Made by a program: the position numbers and the translations under genes | Notes under the pieces: model-generated | The model's input: only the letters and a program-made list of their open reading frames with translations | The model's database searches: none | Told to the model about the DNA's origin: nothing | In this document: one piece after another, positions 27,687 through 35,501 of the stretch | How the letters are laid out: the number at the start of each line of letters is the position of its first letter | How positions within the stretch are numbered: position 1 is the stretch's first letter | Assembly: GCA_000989675.1 (NCBI GenBank) | Contig: LBOT01000002.1 | Location: 1 to 36,385, forward strand | DNA: 36,385 nucleotides | Direction of reading: 5' to 3' | DNA from: a candidate division WS6 bacterium GW2011_GWE2_33_157 | GTDB taxonomy: Bacteria > Patescibacteriota > Dojkabacteria > SC72

Positions 27687-28124
27687 ATGAAAATAATCTC
27701 GTTCCTTATAGAAAACAAATCTGCTATCTCGGATTTATTTACTGCAATCGGTACTCTGTTTATCCCAGTAGTAATATTTATTTTCGAAAAGAAGAGGACT
27801 GAGCGAGCCAAAAGAATAGAACAAACTGAGATAATCGCAGAGCTACTAGCTACATGGGGAAGATACCCCAATTCCAATGTAATAAGTAAAAATCTATCCC
27901 CAAAAGAAGAAAGAGAGTTTTTTAGCTTACTCAATTATCTCTCTTACAAAGCCTACGTCTGGGTACCTAATAAGAAACTCCTTGATGAGTTACAAAAAAC
28001 ACTAACCAATACTGAAGGCGCTCTTACTTCTAGAGAGTTAATTGTAAAAATTCGTCAAGAAATACAAGGAGACAAGTGTGGGAAAATATCACCCAGTGAT
28101 ATCGTAACATTTCCGAAAAGATAA
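27687..28124 (+). CDS. Hypothetical single-TM protein (island cargo)
   Basis: 145-aa ORF with an N-terminal TM (LFTAIGTLFIPVVIFIF) followed by basic residues and a helical domain. Confidence 0.7.
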   Translation: MKIISFLIENKSAISDLFTAIGTLFIPVVIFIFEKKRTERAKRIEQTEIIAELLATWGRYPNSNVISKNLSPKEEREFFSLLNYLSYKAYVWVPNKKLLDELQKTLTNTEGALTSRELIVKIRQEIQGDKCGKISPSDIVTFPKR

Positions 28125-28212
28125 AGCTTTATTAAAACATTGTTTTCTAATTCAGTTAATATTATATTAGGATAAGAATTTAAGAAAAAACGAGAATTAT
28201 AGGATAACCATC

Positions 28213-29499
28213 ATGAGCAAAAAAACTTATAGAATAATTGATTTATTTGCTGGGGTCGGAGGATTTAGAGTAGCTTTTAACCAAGCTAATGATGCAATTG
28301 GCAAGGAATTATTTAAAGTAATTTGGGGCAACCAGTGGGAACCAGGAAGAAAAGTACAATATGCAGCTGAAATTTACAAGAAAGCTTTTGGTGAAGATGG
28401 TTTTGTAAATGAGGATATTGCAAAAGTAAAAACCGCTGATATTCCAAATCATGACATAGTAGTTGGAGGTTTCCCTTGTCAAGATTACTCAGTTGCAACA
28501 ACCAAAAAGCTTTCAAATGGAATTGAAGGAAAGAAGGGAGTTTTATGGTGGCAAATAGAACGAATTATTAGAGAAAAAGCTGAAAGTGGAGACCATCCAG
28601 AAATTCTTATTTTTGAAAACGTTGATAGGTTAATTAGTTCTCCTGCAAAACAAAGAGGAAGAGATTTTGCAATTATGCTTACCTGTTTGGATTTACTTGG
28701 TTATATGGTTGAATGGAGAGTTATTGATGCAAGTGAATATGGATATCCACAAAGACGAAAACGTATCTACTTTGTAGGTTATAGAAAAGATTCTAAAATT
28801 TACAAATCATTTAAGGGCGATTTCGAATCGTGGCTAACTAAAGATGGATTATTTGCATCGGGATTTCCAGTAAATAAGAAATCTGACAAGGCTATTACAA
28901 AGTTACATCTTTATGAAGGAATTCGTTGCAAGAAAAGATCCTCAATTATTAAAGAAGTTAGTGATAACTTCAATCAAGCAGGAACAAGTACTCCATTTAA
29001 AAAAGCCGGGCTATTATTTAATGGACATGTAGTTACACTTGACGTAGAAACTAATTACCAGGGTGAGAAGAAAACTTTAGGGGAGATATTGATAACTGAT
29101 GAAAAAGAGATTCCAGATGAATTCTTCATACCTAAAGAAGAATACGATAAGTGGAGATATCTTAAGGGAGCTAAAAAAGAAAAACGTATTCAAAAATCTA
29201 CAGGATACGAGTACCAATATGCAGAAGGCGCAATTACCTACCCTGATGCTTTAGACAGACCCTCAAGGACTATTATTACAGGAGAAGGAGGTAAAGCACC
29301 ATCTCGATTCAAACATGTCGTGAGAACCGAATCTGGAAGGCTACGAAGACTTACACCTGTTGAGCTAGAAAGATTAGATATGTTTCCTGATAATCACACT
29401 GTGGGATACTCTTCTCAAACAAGAGCTTTTCTAATGGGTAATGCACTTGTCGTAGGTGTAATTCAAAAAATTGCAGAAACACTCTATGAAAAATTGTAA
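28213..29499 (+). CDS. DNA (cytosine-5)-methyltransferase, M.Sau3AI-like
   Basis: Motif I DLFAGVGG, motif IV GGFPCQDYSVA, motif VI ENV, motif VIII QRRKRIY, RRLTPVELERL and MGNALVV. GIEGKKGVLWW is typical of Sau3AI-type MTases. Confidence 0.95.
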   Translation: MSKKTYRIIDLFAGVGGFRVAFNQANDAIGKELFKVIWGNQWEPGRKVQYAAEIYKKAFGEDGFVNEDIAKVKTADIPNHDIVVGGFPCQDYSVATTKKLSNGIEGKKGVLWWQIERIIREKAESGDHPEILIFENVDRLISSPAKQRGRDFAIMLTCLDLLGYMVEWRVIDASEYGYPQRRKRIYFVGYRKDSKIYKSFKGDFESWLTKDGLFASGFPVNKKSDKAITKLHLYEGIRCKKRSSIIKEVSDNFNQAGTSTPFKKAGLLFNGHVVTLDVETNYQGEKKTLGEILITDEKEIPDEFFIPKEEYDKWRYLKGAKKEKRIQKSTGYEYQYAEGAITYPDALDRPSRTIITGEGGKAPSRFKHVVRTESGRLRRLTPVELERLDMFPDNHTVGYSSQTRAFLMGNALVVGVIQKIAETLYEKL

Positions 29500-30850
29500 A
29501 TTTGGACAATATGACGAAACCACTAAAGACTCTATTTATGAGTATGCTCAGATTCTTTTAAACAAATCCCTAATCGACTTATATTTTGAAGAAATTGGTA
29601 AACTTCCTCCGGATTTTTTTAATCCTCGCAAGAAGGGGTCGTTGGGATGTCTGGTAGAAAAGTTACATTTCAACTATGAACCAAATGAGAGACCTGAACC
29701 AGATTTTGAAGTTGCAAAACTTGAATTAAAAACCACTCCACTCAAAGTTGTAGATAACAAGTATGTTTCAAAAGAAAGATTAGTCTTAGGAATGATTGAT
29801 TATTTCGAAATGGATATGGAAACTTTCGAGCAGTCTAAGTTCTTAAAGAAAAACGCTTCACTATTACTTTTGTTCTATTTATATGAGAAAAACAAGGTAG
29901 TAGAACAGGTGTTTAAAATAATCAAACTGTGGGAAATACCCTCTAAGGACATACCAGTCCTTAAAAGAGACTGGGAAACTATTCATCAAAAAATCAGGGA
30001 GGGCAAAGCTCATGAATTATCGGGAGGTGACACATTTTACCTTGAGGCCGCAAGGAAGGGTGCAGGTGGAGTTAGAGATTTAAGAAAACAACCACAATCA
30101 GATATCAAAGCAAATAGCAGAGCTTTAGCTTTTAAAAGTAAATATGTAAATATAATAATTGGAGGTGAACAAGGTCTACAAAAAGCACTGGGTGAAGATT
30201 TCTCTATCAGTAATCTTTCAATAGAAGAATACCTAACAAGTAAGTTTACCCCTCACCTGGGAAAGTCAATTTCAGACATCATGAAAGAATACCATTTAGA
30301 GTATTCACCAAAGAAAAAAGATCTCGCAGCCTCTGTTTCAAAAGCGATATTAGGTATTAAACAAGATAATAAAATCGAGGAGTTTGAGAAGGCTAATATA
30401 AAGATAAAAACAATACCATTGGATATGAATGGCAAGCCTGAAGAAAGTATGTCTTTTAAACAAATTGACTTTGATAAGATTGTCGAGGAGAAGTGGTTGG
30501 AATCGGATTTCTATAATGAAGTAGTAAACTGCAAATATCTATTCGTTTCTTTCCGAAAAGATTCTTTAGGCAACAAGCATTTACACAAAGTTTTCTTCTG
30601 GACTATGCCAAAGAAAATGCGCCAACAAGCCAAAGCTTATTGGATAGATACCAAGAAGAAAATATGCAATAGAGATTTTGGTTATTTCTGGAAAATATCT
30701 GATAAAAAAACATTCCATGTTCGTCCGAAAGCGAGAGTTGCAAGTGACACTACTACACTTCATGATGGAACAATAACGAAAAAGATGGCGTACTGGATAA
30801 ACCAAGATGTAATCTATAGAATAATCAATAATAATGGCAAGACCAACTAA
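29486..30850 (+). CDS. Type II restriction endonuclease, MutH/Sau3AI family
   Basis: KG.LG..VE..HF.Y..N....PDF....LELKTTP..., KERL, duplicated MutH-like halves (EEFEKANIKIKTI...ESMSF) and FHVRPKA. Overlaps the MTase stop. Confidence 0.92.
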   Translation: MKNCKFGQYDETTKDSIYEYAQILLNKSLIDLYFEEIGKLPPDFFNPRKKGSLGCLVEKLHFNYEPNERPEPDFEVAKLELKTTPLKVVDNKYVSKERLVLGMIDYFEMDMETFEQSKFLKKNASLLLLFYLYEKNKVVEQVFKIIKLWEIPSKDIPVLKRDWETIHQKIREGKAHELSGGDTFYLEAARKGAGGVRDLRKQPQSDIKANSRALAFKSKYVNIIIGGEQGLQKALGEDFSISNLSIEEYLTSKFTPHLGKSISDIMKEYHLEYSPKKKDLAASVSKAILGIKQDNKIEEFEKANIKIKTIPLDMNGKPEESMSFKQIDFDKIVEEKWLESDFYNEVVNCKYLFVSFRKDSLGNKHLHKVFFWTMPKKMRQQAKAYWIDTKKKICNRDFGYFWKISDKKTFHVRPKARVASDTTTLHDGTITKKMAYWINQDVIYRIINNNGKTN

Positions 30851-31217
30851 ATTAGATTCCCTCACAGTCCATAAACTAGAAGAAGCTTTTGTACTTGGCG
30901 CAAGTGTTAACGAAGCTTGTTTTAACGCAAATATTTCGAAACAAACTTACTATAATTGGAAAGATGATAATCCAGAGTTATTTGACCGTTTTGAGCAACT
31001 ACGACAAGCACCTATTCTCAAAGCTCGAAAGTGTGTAGTAAATGCATTAGAAAAGAACCCTACCCTAGCTATGAGATATTTAGAAAGAAAACTCAAATCT
31101 GAATTCGGAAATGTTACCACTGACGACAAAACAGACAAGAATGAAATTCTGGAGATGATAATGACAAGCTTTCAAAATCCTAACCAATTAGAATATGTTG
31201 ACACCCTCTCTGCCTGA
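30834..31217 (+). CDS. Phage terminase-small-subunit-like HTH protein
   Basis: MARPTKL...LEEAF.LGA...EAC..ANISKQTYYNW...PEL...A.RYLER resembles phage TerS HTH proteins (recognition from memory). Confidence 0.6.
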   Translation: MARPTKLDSLTVHKLEEAFVLGASVNEACFNANISKQTYYNWKDDNPELFDRFEQLRQAPILKARKCVVNALEKNPTLAMRYLERKLKSEFGNVTTDDKTDKNEILEMIMTSFQNPNQLEYVDTLSA

Positions 31218-31287
31218 TAGTATATTTTACTAAGGTATTCCTAAAGACTACCCATAAATTAAACAAACAGCTAACTAATATTGGTTA

Positions 31288-31497
31288 TTGTTTATTGTGG
31301 GTTGTACAAAACGGGATGTTTTCTTAATTCCAACAGAACGACAAAAGCAGCTATACGAAAAGCTTGTTAAGAAAGCCTTAACGCTTGGTCTATCAAAAGA
31401 AGATGCCCAGACAATTGCTTATCATGTTGATAAACTTTCAAGCATCATTATAAACTCATATATTAATACTAAGGGTACAAATGTATGCAAAACGTAA
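31288..31497 (+). CDS. Small helical protein coupled to the recombinase (start codon uncertain)
   Basis: The ORF overlaps the recombinase start by 13 nt and contains a GLSKEDAQTIA helix. Only TTG/GTG starts are in frame. Confidence 0.45.
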   Translation: MFIVGCTKRDVFLIPTERQKQLYEKLVKKALTLGLSKEDAQTIAYHVDKLSSIIINSYINTKGTNVCKT

Positions 31498-33008
31498 TAA
31501 TCTATTGTAGGGTTTCTACGAAAGAGCAAGCTGAGAACGGTTTAAGCCTAATTACACAGCAGAAGATGTGTGAAGAGTTTGCATCTAAAAACAATTTACA
31601 TATTGTTACAAACCCATTTATTGAGCAAGGTGAAAGCGCAAAGACACTAGACAGGACAAAGCTCAAAGAGATGCTAGAGTTTGTAGCTTCTAATAAGGGC
31701 AATGTGGATACGTTACTAATCTACAAGATTGATAGACTCTCAAGGCAGACTTTGGACTATCAAAGTATTAAAGTATTATTGGCAAAATACGGAGTATCAA
31801 TACACTCTTTGAGTGAAAATATCGAAGATTCTCCATCTGGACGTATGTTGGAAACTATAATGGCTGCCTCAGCTCAATGGGATAATGAGGTTCGAGGAGA
31901 AAGAGCTCGAAATGGCACAATGGAAGCTCTAAAACAGGGAAGATGGGTGTATGCCGCACCATATGGATATATACAAACAGGAGGCAGAGGTAAAGCAAAC
32001 CTTATTACCGATAGGGAAACAGCACCCATTGTTAAAAAGATTTTTCAATACTTATCCGAGGGTGGACACACAATAGAGGATGCTCGAAGATATGCTTTTG
32101 GGCTAGGGTTGAAAGATAATAATGGGAAAATGTACAATAAAGCCAGTTTCCACCGACTAGTTCGAAGACCTCTTTACAAGGGTTTTATTAACATACCTAA
32201 TATGAATTTATATATAAGGGGAACTTTCGAACCAATTGTAGAACCAAAAGTTTTTGATATTGTACAAGATATAATTGATGGTAAGAACCATAACCCTCCA
32301 GTCTACCGTAAAATCCACCCCGATTTTCCTCTTCGGGGTACAATCTTATGCCCTAAGTGCAATAGGAAAATGACTGCCAATTGGAGTAGGAAAAAGTATC
32401 CATATTACAAATGTTGCTACTGCAAAAATGTAAATCTGAGAAAAGCAGATGTACACAATGCATTCCAAGAGTACTTAGAGAAAATAAAGCTCTCAGATAC
32501 GCTTCTAGAGCTTACCAAGTATGCTATTGAACTCAATTGGGAAGAAAGAAATAAAGCATATGAATCAAACCTTAAAGAGCTAAGAAAAAGACAAGAACAA
32601 ATTTCTAAAGAGGAGAACTCAATAGCTGAACAAAATCGTCAAGGGATATTACCACCAAGAGTAACTAAAGAACTATTAGATAAACTAGAAGAGGAGTATG
32701 CGCAAATAGGGTACGAGCTGTCTCAACACAAACCTACAGAAGAAGTAGATAAGGACTTACTTAAGTATGCGACCTACTTTTTAGAGAACATTTGCTCAGT
32801 TTGGAAAGAACTGGAACCTACATCCCAAAACGAGTTGCAAAAATTTCTATTTTCGGATGGATTACAATTTAATGGAGAGAAATTTGCAACTAATCAAAAA
32901 ACTACTCTTGAAGAAATAAGAGGATACATCACTATTGGAAAAGTCTCTGAAAATGAGTCGCCTGGGACTCGAACCCAGCACCTACTGCTTAAAAGGCAGT
33001 TGCTCTAA
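31485..33008 (+). CDS. Large serine recombinase (integrase)
   Basis: Catalytic YCRVSTKEQ, IYKIDRLSR, recombinase domain (APYGY), zinc ribbon (CPKC...YYKCCYC) and coiled coil. Confidence 0.95.
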   Translation: MQNVIIYCRVSTKEQAENGLSLITQQKMCEEFASKNNLHIVTNPFIEQGESAKTLDRTKLKEMLEFVASNKGNVDTLLIYKIDRLSRQTLDYQSIKVLLAKYGVSIHSLSENIEDSPSGRMLETIMAASAQWDNEVRGERARNGTMEALKQGRWVYAAPYGYIQTGGRGKANLITDRETAPIVKKIFQYLSEGGHTIEDARRYAFGLGLKDNNGKMYNKASFHRLVRRPLYKGFINIPNMNLYIRGTFEPIVEPKVFDIVQDIIDGKNHNPPVYRKIHPDFPLRGTILCPKCNRKMTANWSRKKYPYYKCCYCKNVNLRKADVHNAFQEYLEKIKLSDTLLELTKYAIELNWEERNKAYESNLKELRKRQEQISKEENSIAEQNRQGILPPRVTKELLDKLEEEYAQIGYELSQHKPTEEVDKDLLKYATYFLENICSVWKELEPTSQNELQKFLFSDGLQFNGEKFATNQKTTLEEIRGYITIGKVSENESPGTRTQHLLLKRQLL

Positions 33009-33027
33009 CCTGATGAGCTAGCGACCC
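32954..33027 (-). tRNA. tRNA-Lys(UUU)
   Basis: Acceptor GGGTCGC/GCGACTC (one G-U pair), anticodon arm ACTGC-CT-TTT-AA-GCAGT, T-loop TTCGAGT. TATAAT upstream, no encoded CCA. Confidence 0.95.
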
Positions 33028-33652
33028 AACGAATATGATTATAACCTCTTAAAGATCTCCTATGTATATCACAAATACCATATTCATATATCCTTTCCAT
33101 ATGCATTTTAGTACCATACCCAACATGTTTTTCAAAACCATATTCTGGATACTTAGTACTAATCTCTTTCATATACCTATCCCTTGTTACCTTAGCTAGA
33201 ATAGATGCACAAGAAATTGAGTAATGCTTTAAATCTCCACCCTTAATCTTTTCCATACTGTAACCAAGAATAGATTCAACATTGTTACCATCTACAATTA
33301 AGTACCCTGCTTTTTTACCAAGTTTTTCTTCTACCTGACCTAACGCTCCCTCCATTGCTATCCTTACAGCCTCTTGAATACCCACCCTATCTATTACCTT
33401 TGCATCAATCATGCACACTCCCCAAGCCACACAATTCTTTTTAATATATTCGAATACCTCTTCTCTTCTTTTAGCCGTCATCTTTTTACTATCAGTAATT
33501 AACGGATTTAATACAGAATCCTTATTAATAACTACTGCCCCAGCAGATACAGGACCTGCTAAAGGGCCTCTACCAGCCTCATCTATACCAACTATATATT
33601 TGAAACCTTTCTTCCAAAGACTCTTTTCTAATTCAATATCAGGATATTGCAT
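33005..33652 (-). CDS. rnhB: Ribonuclease HII
   Basis: GIDEAGRGPLAGPV, DSKK, LIVDGN, ASILAKVTRD, HVGYGT and HRRS. Confidence 0.96.
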   Translation of the reverse strand: MQYPDIELEKSLWKKGFKYIVGIDEAGRGPLAGPVSAGAVVINKDSVLNPLITDSKKMTAKRREEVFEYIKKNCVAWGVCMIDAKVIDRVGIQEAVRIAMEGALGQVEEKLGKKAGYLIVDGNNVESILGYSMEKIKGGDLKHYSISCASILAKVTRDRYMKEISTKYPEYGFEKHVGYGTKMHMERIYEYGICDIHRRSLRGYNHIRWVASSSG

Positions 33653-33751
33653 ATATGCAATATTACAACATCAAAATACAAAACTCTAGAAATATATTAA
33701 CTGGTAGTGTAATATTAAAGTATATATATAAATTGTTCATAACTAATAAAT

Positions 33752-34111
33752 ATGAGTTCCTCAGATGATTTTTTTAAAGGATTAGTATTTGGTGCAGTAA
33801 TTGGTGCTGCTGCAGGTTTAATGTTAGCTCCAAAATCAGGTGTAGAAACAAGAGAGGATATTAAGAAACTCTCTATGGAGTTAACTGACAAAGGAGAATT
33901 GCTTTACAAAAATGCAAGAAAAGATGTAGAGAAAAAGATTAGAGAGATAAAAGCTGCTGGAAAAAGATTAGACTTTGATTCATATAAAGAGTTAGTTGCA
34001 AAAGTAATAGATGAATTAAAGAATGATTCAGAAGTAGCATCTACAACCGCAAAGAAAATTGGTATTAAACTCAATGAAGATTGGGAAGATATCAAATCTG
34101 CTGTAGTTTAA
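33752..34111 (+). CDS. YtxH domain protein
   Basis: FFKGLVFGAVIGAAAGLMLAPKSGVETREDI. Confidence 0.9.
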   Translation: MSSSDDFFKGLVFGAVIGAAAGLMLAPKSGVETREDIKKLSMELTDKGELLYKNARKDVEKKIREIKAAGKRLDFDSYKELVAKVIDELKNDSEVASTTAKKIGIKLNEDWEDIKSAVV

Positions 34112-34151
34112 GATTGAAATAAATCCTGTTTAATACTAAAATCAACCAATT

Positions 34152-34224
34152 GCGAGAGTAATTCAATTGGTAGAATGTCTCCTTCCCAAGGAGAATGTCG
34201 CGGGTTCGAGTCCCGTCTCTCGCT
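34152..34224 (+). tRNA. tRNA-Gly(CCC)
   Basis: Acceptor GCGAGAG/CTCTCGC, anticodon arm TCTCC-TT-CCC-AA-GGAGA. Promoter TTGAAA-17-TAAAAT at 34114-34142. Confidence 0.95.
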
Positions 34225-34231
34225 TTTGTAG

Positions 34232-34260
34232 TTGAATATATATTCCCCCTCTGTTACAAT
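34232..34260 (+). promoter_or_regulatory. Sigma70 promoter for tRNA-Thr and the Fic-like gene
   Basis: TTGAAT (34232-34237), 17-nt spacer, TACAAT (34255-34260) with an extended TG. Confidence 0.6.
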
Positions 34261-34274
34261 TCTTGTTACGAAAT

Positions 34275-34347
34275 GCTGGTGTAGCTCAGTTGGTAGAGCA
34301 TTCCCTTCGTAAGGGAGAGGTCGTCGGTTCAAAGCCGCCCACCAGCT
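34275..34347 (+). tRNA. tRNA-Thr(CGU)
   Basis: Acceptor GCTGGTG/CACCAGC, anticodon loop TT-CGT-AA, T-loop TTCAAAG with one T-stem mismatch. Confidence 0.92.
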
Positions 34348-34358
34348 TTTTAAAGAAT

Positions 34359-35441
34359 ATGATTACGCCAAAATTTACAATTACAAACCTAATTCTTAAC
34401 TATATTGTTAAGTACGAATTAGCAATACAGTCAATAAAGGACACACAGGTCCCTAGTCCTTTGCTTCAACAGCTTAGAGAACAATTAAGAACAGAGGAGA
34501 TAGATAAATTGGGGGAATTGATAGCATTTCCAATTGGATACAGTAAAGCTCTTACAGTAGAAAGAGGACAAGTATTACCTTCATACAAAAACAAATTAAA
34601 AATATTTACTAATTACAAAAATACCCAAGACTATATAGACGTATACACCCCTAAAAGTGCACTTAAACCATCTATTGAGCTATCAACCCATTTAAACAAA
34701 ATATTAATGAAAAATATTGTTGAAGAGTGGGATTTAGCTAGAATAAAGAATTTCTCAGAAAAACCATACGACCTTTATGATACATGGTACAAACTAAGAG
34801 ATTACTACCCGAGTATAGAAATGAGATCACATTTCAATGAACTGTTTGGATGGATAACAAATTCATCCTCTGGTACTCACAAATTAATACAGCTGTGTAT
34901 ATTGCTGTATGAATTTATAGATAAAGCACCCTTCTATGCAGGTAACCAAATAACCGCAATATCTACAATAAAGATACTAACCAAAATATATGGATACAAT
35001 CCATACAATGTAATACCCTTTTCTAAAGCATTCTTTTCCATAAGTGAAGACATTGTATCAGCATTTAAGATATCTAAAGGTAAAAGAGATCTCACCATTT
35101 TCATAGAAGCAGTACTCTACACCCTTTCTCTTACAGTAATGGACTCTTCAAAGAAATTAACACAGATATACAACGAAAAAGTACAATTAAGACAACAGAT
35201 AGGGAAAGATTTAAACCCAAGACAAGTAAGGATAATTGAATACCTAAACAGTAATTCAAGAATAACTAGACAACAATATACAAAAATGATGGGTATTTCC
35301 TTTATGACCTCATACAGAGATCTACAAGAATTACTTGATAAAGAATATATATCACAAAAAGGTAAAGGAAGAGGAACATTCTATGTAATTCCAGATCAAG
35401 ATGATGAACAAGCAACAGAAGGTATAACCATCTTCAGTTAG
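34359..35441 (+). CDS. Fic-fold protein with degenerate active site and C-terminal winged HTH
   Basis: N-terminus MITPKFTITN, KAPFYAGNQITA in place of HPFxDGNGRxxR, and C-terminal LNPRQ...ITRQQY..MMGISFMTSYRDLQEL...GKGRGTFY. Start corrected to exclude tRNA-Thr. Confidence 0.8.
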   Translation: MITPKFTITNLILNYIVKYELAIQSIKDTQVPSPLLQQLREQLRTEEIDKLGELIAFPIGYSKALTVERGQVLPSYKNKLKIFTNYKNTQDYIDVYTPKSALKPSIELSTHLNKILMKNIVEEWDLARIKNFSEKPYDLYDTWYKLRDYYPSIEMRSHFNELFGWITNSSSGTHKLIQLCILLYEFIDKAPFYAGNQITAISTIKILTKIYGYNPYNVIPFSKAFFSISEDIVSAFKISKGKRDLTIFIEAVLYTLSLTVMDSSKKLTQIYNEKVQLRQQIGKDLNPRQVRIIEYLNSNSRITRQQYTKMMGISFMTSYRDLQELLDKEYISQKGKGRGTFYVIPDQDDEQATEGITIFS

Positions 35442-35501
35442 ATTGCGATATCACTGTATAATTGATATCATTTTACCGATTAATTAAAGCATAGAATATC
35501 T

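Larger units (their letters stand above)
26400..33008. mobile_element. Serine-recombinase-associated genomic (defence) island at the 3' end of tRNA-Lys; left boundary uncertain
   Basis: Large serine recombinase running into a tRNA, with R-M, protease and phage-like cargo all on the + strand. CG-containing codons are visibly more frequent than in flanking genes. No att repeat found. Confidence 0.75.

Noticed and set aside
30834-33008. Intact prophage
   Set aside because: No large terminase, portal, capsid, tail, lysis or replication genes are present.
230-34095. Numerous 60-136 aa ORFs antisense to or nested in confident genes
   Set aside because: Typical shadow ORFs opposite well-supported genes, with no motifs of their own.
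34108-34332. 74-aa minus-strand ORF
   Set aside because: Antisense translation of tRNA-Gly and tRNA-Thr.
34263-34358. N-terminal extension of the Fic-like ORF
   Set aside because: It is tRNA-Thr read in frame. The real start is ATG 34359.
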